From IMG/VR virus record IMGVR_UViG_3300034107_001363, positions 9,296-73,295 of that record: a stretch of DNA of 64,000 nucleotides; one strand, written 5' to 3'. A model generated the notes under the pieces. That model was not told the origin of the DNA and searched no databases. It worked only from the letters and a program-made list of their open reading frames with translations. The translations under genes were made by a program, and so were the position numbers. The DNA comes from a virus. Below are positions 46,901 through 55,971 of the stretch, in pieces (position 1 is the stretch's first letter; the number at the start of each line of letters is the position of its first letter).

Positions 46901-49900
46901 GCTGCCGCCCGAAGCGACAACCGGGGAAGGGATTAAGCCGGGCTTCGGCCATCCCCGCAATCCACCGAAAGACGCCGACCCCAAGGAAGCCGAACTGTTC
47001 CGCGCTTACGACCGCGCGACCAAGAGCAACGCGGCGTTCCGAGGCCGGGAATGGCGCAAGGACTTCACGCTGGCCCAGTGGATGGAGGAGCTTCCACTCA
47101 ATTTCGACCAGCAACTTTACACCGCAACTGGCGGCTTTCGCTTCCCATCGATCGAAAAGGACGAGTTTGGCCGCTTGAGTTACGAGACCTCCGAGCAGGC
47201 GTTTCCTAGTTTTGACGGCTTTGACGAGCTGTATGCGATTCATCGAATGGGAGAGGAGAACGAGGAACTGAGCCAGCAGCAGCGCAACCTGCGGGATGCC
47301 CCTTTGTGGATCGATCAGTTTATCGGTTACGTCGACAAGGCTGAACGCTGGCTGGCCCACGTCCAACTTCGGGCTGGCTTGGATGAGTTTGACACTGGTC
47401 CTGACATTGTGCGCGAGATGAACGGTAAGCCGACGCTGGCGGCGCAAAGCCAGTTGCTGCTCGATCCGGTGCTAGAGGCGTTTAGCGACAGGCTTGCCGC
47501 ACTCAAGAAGGATTTCCTATCCAAGATGGGGCCTCACTTGGACTACTCCGCGAAGGAGAACTTCCGCGACAGTTTTGCTCGTGAACGGGGCAAGCTGGCT
47601 CCCCTGACTGACGAAACTCAGATGGCTCAGGCGTTCTTGAAGATGATCAAGGCCAAGGAGTCCTTCAGCCCGTTTAAAGTGGCGATGGAAGCTACCCAGC
47701 AGGCCAACACTGCGGTCAAATTGGTTCGACGGGCTCTCCATGAGTTTAGCAACTTGCGTTGGCAGGAGAACTTGGAGAAGGAAATGATGAAGACGGTGCG
47801 GGACTTGTCCTACACCCCTGAGCATTCCGAGTTTTTGCGGTTGCGCGATACTACCCTCGACCCGGCGACCATCCGATTCCTTGAGTTCAATCTCAAATAC
47901 ATCTCGCAGTTCCCCGATTCTTACCACGTCGGGGCGGGTTACGCCTACGAGTTCCTCGAGCAGCACCGCAAGGTCAACAAGGGTGGCGGCGGGGAGCCAT
48001 TCATGAAGGTCTACTTGGACAGCCAAAAGCGCGCGCTGGCCAAGGGTCTTCCAGTTGAAATTAACGAAGAGGCCCAGGTACTGACGATTGACGACACGGG
48101 GCCGGATGGACAGGCCTATAACGTGTTTGCTTCAGGCGAACAGGGGGCTGACTATAACGCTTTCACCAACGAACGGATTGGCAATGGCTGGCAGACCCAA
48201 CAGGAGAAGGCGACCAAGGATGCCAACATCGCATTTCAGGCCCGCAAGATCCGGCTGTCGACTTGGCTGACTCTTATCGGTTTCCGGATTAGCGAGAGCA
48301 CGGGCAACGTCGAGGACGCTAAGAGCTTTCGCAGTGACGTCGTGCGCAAGATGCTGACCGGTGAGGGTGACTCGCTGGAGTTGGTTGGTCGCGGAATTCG
48401 AGGAATGTTTACCGCCGCTTTGTTCAACGACGAGTTGCATTCCACTTTGGTTGAGCAGTTTTTGGAAGCTAATCCGCACTGGAAGGATTTGCCGTCGCTG
48501 GATGAAGAACTGAATCAAGAAACGACATCCCGACGTGTTGCTGGAGGATTTGATGCCGAGGCTTTTGCGGTGGATTTGCTTGAGTTCAAGGAGGGTTTCG
48601 AGCGAGAAGTGCTGCAATCGGCGCTGGTCAACGACAAGGACCAGATGGCGACGGCCTTGGCTACCGTGCTGCGGGTCGGCACAGCAGGCATCAAGGACAT
48701 CGTGATTGATCCTGAGTTTAGCGGTCTGAGTGCTGCCTACCGGCTGAAGCAGGACTACCAAGCGTTCGGCAAGGCCCATCAGGAGAAATACGGCGTGGAC
48801 ATCCTCAACGCCGACGAGCAGGTGTTTTCCAACGTCACTGCCGAGGAAGCGACTTTGGTCGCTCAAGTGATCCAGCAGCAGATGCTCAACGGCGACTTGC
48901 GGCCATACGACGGCCGGCTGGTCACTGGCGACTTATGGCTGGCAACCAACCCTGTGTTGGCTTTGCTAGCGGGGTCTCAACCCGGCTCGCGCTGGGTGCC
49001 CGATCTGGTCAAGGAAGGTGAGGAAGAGACCGGTAAATGGGTGCCGGTGCAGACGTTGATCATTAGCCCTGACGAGAAGGCGATGGCGGTTGCTGGCGCG
49101 GATGTCGGGTTCCGGGTCTTTCCCGGCAGCGACGGGATGCCTGACGTCATCTGGGCCCCGCTCAAGCCAACTGGCCAGCAGGACGCCCAGTTTGCCATTC
49201 AGCAGTTGCTGCAGGTTTACGGGGAGGTGCCGGCGATTAAGAGCAACTTGCGCGAACTGGCACGGATTTTCCGCGAGACGCTGGCCCCCGGCTTCCTTGC
49301 CAACGATGTGATGGCTGCGTTGGACGATAAGATGGTCCGGCTTCGTAGCGATGTCAGTAACCGCAATTTGTTGGGCACGACCACTACCGGGAATTCCAGC
49401 ACTTGGCAATCAGTGGCGCTAGATTTGGGAGTGACCGAGTTTTTGGGAGCGACTTGGGAAAGCGAGTTGGCCAAAATGGGGGTCGATTTCAAGTCTCCGG
49501 CTTTTGAGGAAATCCGCCAGCTGATCAAGTCAAGCAAGCACGGGCCGAGCCGCCATTGGAAAATGCTCCACAACGCTCTTAAAGCGCAGAAGTTGACTGC
49601 TACCATGGGCGAGCTTAGCGAAAGCCTGCGCGCCCGCTTTGCCGACCGGATTTCTGAGTTGTCGAAGGAAGAATCCGAGCTGTTCGAGCAACTGCTGGCC
49701 GACCACTACTATTCCGCTTCCCGGTCGCTGGCTGAGTCGTCGATCACCGAGGCCGAGATCAAGAGCGAGGGCTGGGGTGCCGACGTGCTGCTCATTTCGC
49801 TGATGCTTAGCGATCCTGCCTACAAGCGGGCTTTTGACGTGTCCTATGTCGGCGACGAGTCGGAAAATCCAGCGGGTGACGACAGTCTTTCGCCGGTGAT

Positions 49901-52900
49901 GCGTGATGCCCTTCAGCGGGCCATCAGCCAGCTCCGCAGCGTGGCTCAGGACTACGAGCAGGCGGACGAGGGCCGGACGGCTAACGATGCCGTGCAGGCC
50001 TTTGGCGAGAGCGATCTGGTAGATGACCAGCAAGTGGCTGATGAAGACGACCAGGCTGGGGCACAACGGGTGGAGAGCAGCACCGAAGAGGAATCCCCTC
50101 GTGCACGAGGCAAGGGCAACCTACAAGCCGACCCGCTTGCTCTTCTTAAGTTGCTAGCTCCGAACCGAATGACCTCGCCGCGCCGTGACGAAGGGGTGAT
50201 TCCTCCGTCTGACGCCTTGTTGTTTAACTTGCTGGAAAACGTTTTTGTGGCGGCCAACAAGTGGAATGATCGGCTGAACTACCCTGAGTCTCCGCTCCGC
50301 AAGCCGTCTGTCCGAAAAATGATCAAGAAGTCGACCAATGCCAACAAGGGTTTGGCGGCGCCGATCTACGAGGAAACTGGCAAGCCACAGAATGCTCGTG
50401 CTCGTGCGAGATCAATGTATGTCGGGAGCATCCTAAATCTTGGCAATCCGGGCTCGCTCGGCAAGACCCGCATCTCGGCGGCGATGAATCGGACCCGCCA
50501 CGCAACGATCAGTGCCGCGTTGCTGGGCAGCGACGAGTATACCCGCGAGGAGATCGACAGCGAGATTGGGATGCGCGCCGACAAGGCGGAGAAGCGCGGG
50601 ATGGACTACGGCATGATCGAGCAGAAACTGGTGCTCCATCCTTACATGATGGACCGACTGGCTTTGATGCTGCCAGGCTTGGAAGAACAGCGCGACAAAG
50701 CCCGACAGGCGTTGAACAGCCTTGACAGCCGGCTTGACTATCTCGACGGGACCTCCACTGCAGCCGAGAAGTTCTTGCGAGAAACACGGTCCAGCACGCT
50801 GATGCTCGACCGAGTTCATGCCGCTTTGCGTGTAGAGAAGCAGCAGCTTGAGGTTGACATGGCTGGCTACGAGCCGTCCCAAGCACAGGAAATTGATTCA
50901 ATTAAACGCGAGATTGCTCGAATTGATGGCTTGTTAGCCAAGAAGGATTTGGGCGAGTTCATCGAGTTGGCTGACCTACATGGGGATTTTGTGGCAAACC
51001 ACTTGGCTGATGCCGTGGTGGAGATGGCGGAAGAGTTTGGCTATCAAGCCGATCGGTTGGCCGCTACTTCTGTTCGTCTGGTGGAAAAAAGCCTGTTGGC
51101 CCGTCTTAAGCTGATTCATGGAGGACAAGGGGCTCGGGTTGAAAGCGGGATGGTTCCTGCAATGACCCAAACGATTGAGGCGATGCGCTTCCTGTTGCGC
51201 CAGCGGGATGCTGTTCTTGAGACCGATCCTTTTGGGCAGGTGGCTTCAATCAATCAGGAGCTGGAGGAGAAGATTGCCGAATTTGGCGAACTAGCCGGAC
51301 AGCTGGAAGGAGCGGTTCGGGCCAATCTGAATGCTAGTCTGAAGGAACTAGGGCTCAAACCGCGTTCCGGTCAGGCGTTCCCGTCGTTTAAATTTGGCCC
51401 AGCGGAAGGCTTGGATGACAACCAGCTTGAAGGAATGTCGCGCCGCTTGTCTGCTCGCTCAATCCTTCGCCAGGCTAAAACTGGTGAAGCGCTGCTTGAG
51501 GGCACTCTTGACTGGGCAACCCGTGAATTCCGCGACGGCATTGGCAACTTGCTCAATAAGCGAGGAGGAGGGCAGAAGCCGAAGACTGCCAAAGACAAGG
51601 AGGCCAAGGAGCAGGCCATTGGTTTGCTTCACAACTTCTTGCGGGGGATGACCGGCAAGAGCAAGACCGATGTGGTAGCCGCGCTTAACGCGCTGGTCAG
51701 CCGGGTTGAGGAGGCCGCAGCTCCAGAACAGGTCAATATTATCAACCTGACGGTCAATCCTGATTGGGAGAGCGTCAAGGAAGCGGCACGGAAACAAGCT
51801 TCGCCATTGTTTGCGATGCTGCGGATGCTGGCGCTAAGTACGGAAGAAGGTCAGGCTTTGCTCGACAACAACACCACCACTGCTGGCGAATTGAAACGTC
51901 AAGCCAAGGCCCGTAACCATATCACGGAAGCTGCTCGTGAAAAAAGCCGGCTATTGAAGCAAAAGTCGATGATGCTTGGCGGTGACGGCACTTACTACGT
52001 TGGACGCTATAGCCATGTCAGTCCACACCTTAACCGGGCGGGCGATCCTTACGTGGTGCCGGTGGCTATGACCTTGGCTGCACCACAAGTAGATCCCAAC
52101 TCGCGGGTCCAGTCTTTGACTCAAGAACAGGTCAGCAAACAGAAGCAGTCTGTTGAAGAACAGATTCGTCGCGAGTTTTATATCAACCGTTCGGCATTGA
52201 ATCGAACTTTGCAGATTTTGGCGGTCGACCGGATTGACGCTCACTACAAGCTGCTTCGTGGCGAACTGGACAACTACAGCACTTTCGATCCATCGTTGAT
52301 GGTAAACGAGGCAATCGATCGGGTTAGGATTGCCGACGCGGTGATCAAGACTCGCCACGAGCAGGCTTTGTCTGACCAGGAGCAAGCTGCCAGCCGTGGG
52401 ATGACCCAGGAGTCGCTTGGGATGTTGCTGGAAGACCACAGCGAGTTTTTTACTGGCGAGCCGGTGTTGCCAGCTCATCTACAGAAGCACGGCACGGTGG
52501 CCGGAATGAAGCGGCGCAGCGAACTGCGGGCCAAGGTCAACCGGCTTCCCGCTAGCTACGAGGCCCGTAACCGGCTTTACGGCACACTTTACGATAACGG
52601 CACTCCGATTGTACTGATGGCTCAGGATGCTCGTCAGCGGCTGATGGACGCTTTTCCTGAGACTATTACCCCGCGCAACATCAACCGGACGGTCAACAAC
52701 ATGGTGTTGCGTGCGCTGGCCAAAACCCCGGCTGCTCGCGGCAAGCCGGCGTTTATGATCCACACTTACGCTGACCTGAGCGGCAAGTTTACCGGAGACT
52801 TTGAGCTGACCAATGGCAAAGATTTGAATTTGGAGCAAGCTGGCAAGGCGTTTTCGGAACGGATCAGCGGTCACCTGCAGCAGTGGCTTGACGGCAAGCG

Positions 52901-55900
52901 GGGCAAGGAGGTTGCCCTGACTGGTGCGACCTCATCCCGCACGCTTGGCTTGTTCAAATCGTTGGTCGAGCAGCTGGTGCATGTCTATGGCGATCCTCGG
53001 ATGCGCAACCAAAAGGGAGAACTCAACAACACTGGCAAGAAGGTGGAAGCGTTGCTTCGTCAGATCGACGGGAATGGGTTCTCTGCCGACATTCAGGTAG
53101 CCAAGTTTGACCTGATTGGCACTTTTGCTGAAGCTTTTGCTGAGACCGAAGCGGAGCTGGTGATGCGCGACTTGGTGGCCGGTCTGGTTACTCATAACGA
53201 CGTATTCAGACTGACCACGATGAAAATACTTCATCATTCGTCGGCTCGTAATCGGATTCGATTCAACAAGACTCACGTCGCTCGCGAGACTGCGATGTAT
53301 TTGCAAGCTTACTTGGAGCGCGGCTTTGACGGCGAGAGCGGACGCGAGGGCCGGCAGACTGCCCACGAGGAGCAGCGAGCCCGTCTTTCTACGGCGTCTA
53401 AGAAGATCAGTAGCATTGGCCAAGACAAGACGCTTGACCAGTCGTTGGCTTACGTGGTGGCCCAGCTGGACGGCTTGCAACACGCTAACGGCTTAGACCC
53501 TACTCAGGCGCTAGGTGAGTGGTATGAGGCATTCAAAGCTGGCTACCGACAGCTGAAAGAACTCGACAAGCAGCAAGGCAAGAAATGGAACAGTTTTGAG
53601 AGGTTCTTTGTGGCCAACCATGTCAATCTGATCCGCGATTTGCCGCTGGCCAACAAGCTGGCGGAGATCATGAACGCATCGCGGGCGATGGACGACTTCG
53701 GCTTGGTTGATCCGACTAGCACCAAAAACCACGATGAATATCGCAACGACGAATCGCTGCGGATCATTGCTCAGCTTAAGGAGGCTTTGCTTAAGGCCTC
53801 CACTGACCGGGCAGGCACAGAACATTACGCTGCCGAGATGGGAGCCGTGCTGCTGGACGCCTACAATGCGACCGCTTTGGCTTTGGCGGTGATGTCAAAG
53901 GTTAGCGGTCCTCGGATCGACACCGGGATAGAGCAAGAAGACGACGCTTCGATTGCTTGGCAGAATCGGGAGATTAAGCCGTGGCGGCGGACTTACGGCG
54001 CGGTGCCGATTCGATTGGCTTACGCTACCAACCCGGGGATGCTCGAAAAAGTTCAAGGCCGCGAGGGCAAGTGGATCCCCGATCCGGCCGACACGGTAGC
54101 AATTACCGACAGCTCGTTCTTCGGCGGCCTTGGCAAGAAGGAGACCAACCGTCGCTCGCTGGAAGTTTTGCGGCCGATGTCGGTGAACGGCTTGTCGGCT
54201 CCGCTGGCAATTTTGGACGACGCGATTTACCGGTTGAACGTGGCTCCCAATTACGAGGTACTGCGGCGCTTGACGGGCAAGGTGGAAACCCAGTCTGGGG
54301 TGCCCGAGGTTGGCGATTCGATGATGCTCAACGCCGCCAACCGCAACAATCGCGGGATTTACGACCAGGACAGCAACTGGCGTTTCGCTATGGCGGCAGT
54401 GGCCAGCGAGATTGAAAGCAACTTGTTCAACGACGCGCGGTCAGGGGTTCTCGACACAGCTTTTGCCGAGGCGACCAGTTGGCTTTCTTCTGCTTTCATC
54501 GTTCGCTCGTTGTCATCGGTCCTTCAGCTTTGGGACCAAACGGCGTCTGCTACTGTTGGCTTTGTTTTGAAGAAAGTGCTAACCGGTCAGCCTCAGGTGG
54601 CTGGAGATTTCATTTACGCGGTGGCTCATCAAATTGGCAGCCTTTGGAGCGGGGAGGACGGTTTCAATAGGCGTTTGTCGCGGTTTACCTACAACATTTC
54701 GCCTTATATCCACTTCCGAGGGGTAGACGGGATGGATCTTGCGCGCAACGAGTTGAGCAAGCAGGTCCGTTATGGCGGCAACGTGGTTGGCCGTTGGGGC
54801 GGACGGGCACTCAAGGGATTGGGAGAAGCTGGCGACACCGCTCTTAACATGACAATCGGCAAGTCCGAGCGGATCATTTCTCGCGCCATCTTTGCGGCGG
54901 AGCTGATGAGCGAACTGCGTGACAAGATGGGCGACCGGGCGCCGGCCAACATTGACGACATGATCGACACTTTGACTCACAAGGATGTCCCGCTAAACGC
55001 CAACCGTACGGCGCTGGAGAAAACTTCTGACATGATGGGTCAAGCCGACCCGGCAAAGAAAGGTCTGTTGTTCCAGAACCATTCGGACAGTCCGATTCTC
55101 AGTTCGGTAATCAAGGGGCTGGTCCAGTTTAGCAACCACCCGGCGACCACCGCATCTAATTTGACGGCTTTCTTTCCGGCTTTGCGCTCGAAGGACAAAC
55201 GGACTCGGCGCGAGGCTCAAGAAAACTTCATTGGGACGCTGACCCAGAACATGCTGTTCCCGATATTGAAATGGAAGACCTTGTTGCCGCTGGTTGCTTA
55301 CGTCGTGTTTTTGATTCGCGGAGACGACGACGACGAGGCTGCTCGCAAAGCTCAGAAACTGGCTGACGATTGGCTAACGAGCAAAGATGACAGCCCGATG
55401 GTCGGCTTTGGCAAGGACTTGCTCTTTGGTTCCAGGAGCCAGCTATTTTCGGAAGACAAGACTGCCAATGCAGCCCAAGGAACTGCTCTGGCAACCATTG
55501 GTGCCAAGATGGGCAACGAAGCGGTTTCTGCTCTTCCTTTGATTGGCGTGCTCAACGGTTACTTGCCGGCTTCAGAAGCGTCTAAATGGCTTGTCACCAA
55601 TAATATTGCCGAGTTCTGGGCGAGCAAGCTGACCGGGGTCAAAATTGCCGAGGCTTATTACGACAAGAATAGGTTGCAGGTAACTTCGTTTGAAGAAGGG
55701 GCTTTGGGCAACATGGCTGACGTCACTGGACCAACTTCTGCGTTGTATGATCTTGCTTCAGCTCCGGTGCTGGCTTACCAGGCTTCCGGCACTGCTAAGC
55801 CGGTCGACATTGCGCTTTATCTGGCGTCGGAAGTAGCCTTCCCCTTGCGGGACTACCGTTCTGCTCGTCGCGAGGAAATGCGGGACGCTGCCAAGAAGGA

Positions 55901-55919
55901 AGAGAAGAAGAACCGGTGA
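37986..55919 (+). CDS. Giant (5977 aa) polyvalent internal virion protein with PD-(D/E)XK nuclease and NlpC/P60-like peptidase domains
   Basis: Uninterrupted 17.9-kb ORF; GTLLHE...GSIDIL...DIKT...QLLAY; PWCSAF...GDVVV...GHTGF...SGN. Confidence 0.9.
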   Translation: MDFSNLTRLAPPKSLFTKEPEVPEVPEEEQEELDLKRPETYLLSSKWVNAKSVEERVALVDRIALKQLEALEADKEGTIEMEVYRKEADGSRSGKPVRDQVKTYGPDGLLSRQSLEFLEQSRQTLLQAAQDPDGGVRLNGFSGKLEASNWIDQAVRGNRAPVEDDPSLKPYDEFIKDQSVLATEETKPDFSWEKYTKWSNDRQTDPSKQVDPKDEKQKRKFDEHVGWATYDPTSMGPDKVIDTFNGRVTVNPTNLFEYDQAERELTERTDLTPAAKKLAWMDYEAKVNQHIMDGVNLFASADAGVEFLFGDFVSSAEGLAMEEKIKGWSDEDKQAFRQEQAAKFSGRMGLGAKPLINELEAHLEAGGSGIDFLRANKERMSRDSYGPVSELAAKTRDAFLATGGGINWAIGHYVNQAPGVGTMFRMATGTDGTEFSRPAQEWGILAEETAQAYRNPEYNLLITKVNRRDLTSLGGQLASFIGLGSLGIAATKGATLSAAKAALAQGTAMATASTATRLATATGGRLGPKTAAFLVETATDATAYLGAIQASGMSFGGTHDAILKKTGDAKEAYRVASIDAVADGLGALIATSVMNRVAPGAERLFGLQPGKAGGSLVQRFRATRANTVGASGLADIKNSLSKLHPKLGKQFAKDMKAAIRHEAAQKGLRGFGVFKSMGAEGIEEFSDEAISDVIKMIIDDSKSWSAGDWGNIHDNFRDYLKAGVLGMIGGAVGDAKAMASSGWKATVGNDDKRKAEIKRAVTDRWAFIKADVAGAMADKDTVNPIYDGTDPDALKLAAVLASDDPKFDLKYKSRMLVAAARKGAARPFSEAVENAQEDGQKPSKRTSAVTTPATGSASPVVPSGGSSIEEARQAAVLGVSKAPAGTRARQKIEVEELPAVTLPNGSTLTPLKIGGVGAAGARLLVAGPDGSVTVSYLDATEAAALVGTTDKKLRKEFEQTAKDQQQELAGGKFSDAWTEAEKKTDSKAAQKQAEVKPADRLKAAAAVKLKRKPPALGTSKERFEKAQPPKEVIKNKPVNSMGEATHNYRTKKGILESVTTILGKSRRFFFDKQKALVAAVKGTGMTVQEKAAEWDADTEAGTLLHEQVSAVLSGGNPSSDPLVTKIVELVRENAADVPLSEVIISSKTYAGSIDILVPLADGSWLLMDIKTLKDNPHETGSKPSLRHRDKGSKIDAWAIQLLAYKTALEARGLVVSEMKIIPVDRVGREVFVDSEGNALLDVAPTPEQEEWFNEIFQQDDTDQGADDVAVDEQDSGPKPKGAGVDAAAKVGSGQQDAGNRPAGEESGRETAPDAAAEVARSKTPSKVLLPKATENAPPRPPQEGGREGRDARQAWDDQYAFTHNPDGSPIQPTLTEETVQAAQKAGKLATGDSRIDALGVFDQAGVGTAVEQLLDAGWNWNGQRMENPDDLAETPAVGLQRIRAARDNAQQAPTPAAPAPATPSVSPQAPLEPAAEVTYEAVNGNRLPAKVVGVNPDGTYQIDVPGFGELTRVTRNRLEPTPTTNEEQNQVEVPVVEAPASSGLTVPKLVTRLRLLHGIVFEPKARDAGARNLNNKDRYPGNNDVWMQANNGALFFHPDFLEKVLANDEISDKVGFVEATVEAVRTGTDIPLMPEQTEEVTVEEQTEEEQEAAAVKETEEVKAELEQEETKLEQLPDDSTVDEVREVAPQLVDTATLAALNASDRESFLTWLKGFSKGLSRFGDKIWRAAKGMAVALAGISVAPQATNHEIASVAQVSPELVEVVSGSLPNWATPSDVSIEAEFSDGTLPLPLNETDNVAALDVSTLPQPALVSIDVPQPRQVIKDVQAPKVGSVEATQSLIDEMNLGNVGTTLPGGLAKWWLKQGKNPAVNAAAALLGEHEKGSSRIKSMLVSMGVSENPSSFPWCSAFLSWSLNQAGLKTKTMSSRAFLGLGQKTTAPAYGDVVVLWNDNPATGGKDGWGGHTGFYLGETDTHVIVLSGNSGDSVDVSAFVKTRVLGYRAFGNTPGLLASRGRPKRRARSRRSLPPLKGLAGGPAQPAPAVRKIRNLSVTEAELTEESAEGKWQQKGNDYLFTPAKGKMVRLAPGEVVQIAGSDDLLFLYSVGDGVWQFKRINPEKLSEMWSDGNTRVKVGHLQQEWARTRLDQTAADVEGLLDDLLGSDAAPKAKLITGLRKLLRKVMAEVAPNADPVAPDGDPFVEVKLEGDDFIQARIETVLVESSQETKEKLGKELARLEANPELQQLKDEIKRILGSLPKHDDPGRMAAEAPLKPLQDRLKALELEINKVKTAISRTIKRIETEADYYGEAAVKTMEVDLVNLVAKLRRELGGVMLANDETRAHAALEVARLLAKWVDEEQIHFLTFDEKRFPRLEVEGMVGAIFKDVKHPFRPMLLETLDERFPDRSLDEADDTFLDDDNGFYTLGAELLRKMLQKQLTGTTSEDAVAQANYLAAAMAADLRAGKMTSKGKPSLLQTIGALLRRYSERMRSILGMRWAVGQLPEGQYRLFHRLMQDYRKANLRGDVDLAREKLVIATATRLQLHSSDMEERLNKIGRKHTEGLEQIKRLPKVLLDIGQEDFLVLNAEGELTLHEEVEKFINRNPDKFSHSLIYDALEAMQSEDGYQAAWMDAALARNALEARELAFDFNPAELFGDSSTFDPESAVGKIIAGSPQAAYNPLVRMRRDELAAMDKQIEDRAAGLVVSELERVENLDPSDKKDQRGLIKLAGALGVMPASLPSSNEDFARLKEQIAVHMEVMFEQGGPRPWEGNYDPASGRLDGAVYGGPLPSGSWSMGDETAEAQPSIFRQEQEALAALREQRSRKADDLLILQGVLQRDANGQIVSGPTTEEVPETDRTGALWQLNREQRRNAEVLRIRDRMRQAEKDVDMVEAERRYAQLVDYLEALDEYNRRVTHMKRRAIGDFYDWEKSDYGLFWQDTRVDSEKAEDPRMWDKSDPAPVAMTASDVFGYQALPPEATTGEGIKPGFGHPRNPPKDADPKEAELFRAYDRATKSNAAFRGREWRKDFTLAQWMEELPLNFDQQLYTATGGFRFPSIEKDEFGRLSYETSEQAFPSFDGFDELYAIHRMGEENEELSQQQRNLRDAPLWIDQFIGYVDKAERWLAHVQLRAGLDEFDTGPDIVREMNGKPTLAAQSQLLLDPVLEAFSDRLAALKKDFLSKMGPHLDYSAKENFRDSFARERGKLAPLTDETQMAQAFLKMIKAKESFSPFKVAMEATQQANTAVKLVRRALHEFSNLRWQENLEKEMMKTVRDLSYTPEHSEFLRLRDTTLDPATIRFLEFNLKYISQFPDSYHVGAGYAYEFLEQHRKVNKGGGGEPFMKVYLDSQKRALAKGLPVEINEEAQVLTIDDTGPDGQAYNVFASGEQGADYNAFTNERIGNGWQTQQEKATKDANIAFQARKIRLSTWLTLIGFRISESTGNVEDAKSFRSDVVRKMLTGEGDSLELVGRGIRGMFTAALFNDELHSTLVEQFLEANPHWKDLPSLDEELNQETTSRRVAGGFDAEAFAVDLLEFKEGFEREVLQSALVNDKDQMATALATVLRVGTAGIKDIVIDPEFSGLSAAYRLKQDYQAFGKAHQEKYGVDILNADEQVFSNVTAEEATLVAQVIQQQMLNGDLRPYDGRLVTGDLWLATNPVLALLAGSQPGSRWVPDLVKEGEEETGKWVPVQTLIISPDEKAMAVAGADVGFRVFPGSDGMPDVIWAPLKPTGQQDAQFAIQQLLQVYGEVPAIKSNLRELARIFRETLAPGFLANDVMAALDDKMVRLRSDVSNRNLLGTTTTGNSSTWQSVALDLGVTEFLGATWESELAKMGVDFKSPAFEEIRQLIKSSKHGPSRHWKMLHNALKAQKLTATMGELSESLRARFADRISELSKEESELFEQLLADHYYSASRSLAESSITEAEIKSEGWGADVLLISLMLSDPAYKRAFDVSYVGDESENPAGDDSLSPVMRDALQRAISQLRSVAQDYEQADEGRTANDAVQAFGESDLVDDQQVADEDDQAGAQRVESSTEEESPRARGKGNLQADPLALLKLLAPNRMTSPRRDEGVIPPSDALLFNLLENVFVAANKWNDRLNYPESPLRKPSVRKMIKKSTNANKGLAAPIYEETGKPQNARARARSMYVGSILNLGNPGSLGKTRISAAMNRTRHATISAALLGSDEYTREEIDSEIGMRADKAEKRGMDYGMIEQKLVLHPYMMDRLALMLPGLEEQRDKARQALNSLDSRLDYLDGTSTAAEKFLRETRSSTLMLDRVHAALRVEKQQLEVDMAGYEPSQAQEIDSIKREIARIDGLLAKKDLGEFIELADLHGDFVANHLADAVVEMAEEFGYQADRLAATSVRLVEKSLLARLKLIHGGQGARVESGMVPAMTQTIEAMRFLLRQRDAVLETDPFGQVASINQELEEKIAEFGELAGQLEGAVRANLNASLKELGLKPRSGQAFPSFKFGPAEGLDDNQLEGMSRRLSARSILRQAKTGEALLEGTLDWATREFRDGIGNLLNKRGGGQKPKTAKDKEAKEQAIGLLHNFLRGMTGKSKTDVVAALNALVSRVEEAAAPEQVNIINLTVNPDWESVKEAARKQASPLFAMLRMLALSTEEGQALLDNNTTTAGELKRQAKARNHITEAAREKSRLLKQKSMMLGGDGTYYVGRYSHVSPHLNRAGDPYVVPVAMTLAAPQVDPNSRVQSLTQEQVSKQKQSVEEQIRREFYINRSALNRTLQILAVDRIDAHYKLLRGELDNYSTFDPSLMVNEAIDRVRIADAVIKTRHEQALSDQEQAASRGMTQESLGMLLEDHSEFFTGEPVLPAHLQKHGTVAGMKRRSELRAKVNRLPASYEARNRLYGTLYDNGTPIVLMAQDARQRLMDAFPETITPRNINRTVNNMVLRALAKTPAARGKPAFMIHTYADLSGKFTGDFELTNGKDLNLEQAGKAFSERISGHLQQWLDGKRGKEVALTGATSSRTLGLFKSLVEQLVHVYGDPRMRNQKGELNNTGKKVEALLRQIDGNGFSADIQVAKFDLIGTFAEAFAETEAELVMRDLVAGLVTHNDVFRLTTMKILHHSSARNRIRFNKTHVARETAMYLQAYLERGFDGESGREGRQTAHEEQRARLSTASKKISSIGQDKTLDQSLAYVVAQLDGLQHANGLDPTQALGEWYEAFKAGYRQLKELDKQQGKKWNSFERFFVANHVNLIRDLPLANKLAEIMNASRAMDDFGLVDPTSTKNHDEYRNDESLRIIAQLKEALLKASTDRAGTEHYAAEMGAVLLDAYNATALALAVMSKVSGPRIDTGIEQEDDASIAWQNREIKPWRRTYGAVPIRLAYATNPGMLEKVQGREGKWIPDPADTVAITDSSFFGGLGKKETNRRSLEVLRPMSVNGLSAPLAILDDAIYRLNVAPNYEVLRRLTGKVETQSGVPEVGDSMMLNAANRNNRGIYDQDSNWRFAMAAVASEIESNLFNDARSGVLDTAFAEATSWLSSAFIVRSLSSVLQLWDQTASATVGFVLKKVLTGQPQVAGDFIYAVAHQIGSLWSGEDGFNRRLSRFTYNISPYIHFRGVDGMDLARNELSKQVRYGGNVVGRWGGRALKGLGEAGDTALNMTIGKSERIISRAIFAAELMSELRDKMGDRAPANIDDMIDTLTHKDVPLNANRTALEKTSDMMGQADPAKKGLLFQNHSDSPILSSVIKGLVQFSNHPATTASNLTAFFPALRSKDKRTRREAQENFIGTLTQNMLFPILKWKTLLPLVAYVVFLIRGDDDDEAARKAQKLADDWLTSKDDSPMVGFGKDLLFGSRSQLFSEDKTANAAQGTALATIGAKMGNEAVSALPLIGVLNGYLPASEASKWLVTNNIAEFWASKLTGVKIAEAYYDKNRLQVTSFEEGALGNMADVTGPTSALYDLASAPVLAYQASGTAKPVDIALYLASEVAFPLRDYRSARREEMRDAAKKEEKKNR

Positions 55920-55925
55920 GAACCG

Positions 55926-55970
55926 AAAGCTGGAGCCGACCAGTTATGACTGGCGGCTCAGCTATTTGTT
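55926..55970. terminator. Bidirectional terminator at the convergence of the two transcription arms
   Basis: AGCTGGAGCCGACCAGT-TATG-ACTGGCGGCTCAGCT between convergent stops. Confidence 0.7.
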
Positions 55971-55971
55971 C

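Noticed and set aside
37986-55919. Virion RNA polymerase in the giant ORF
   Set aside because: No DxDGD/DFDID or clear single-subunit RNAP motif seen by eye; cannot be excluded without structure prediction
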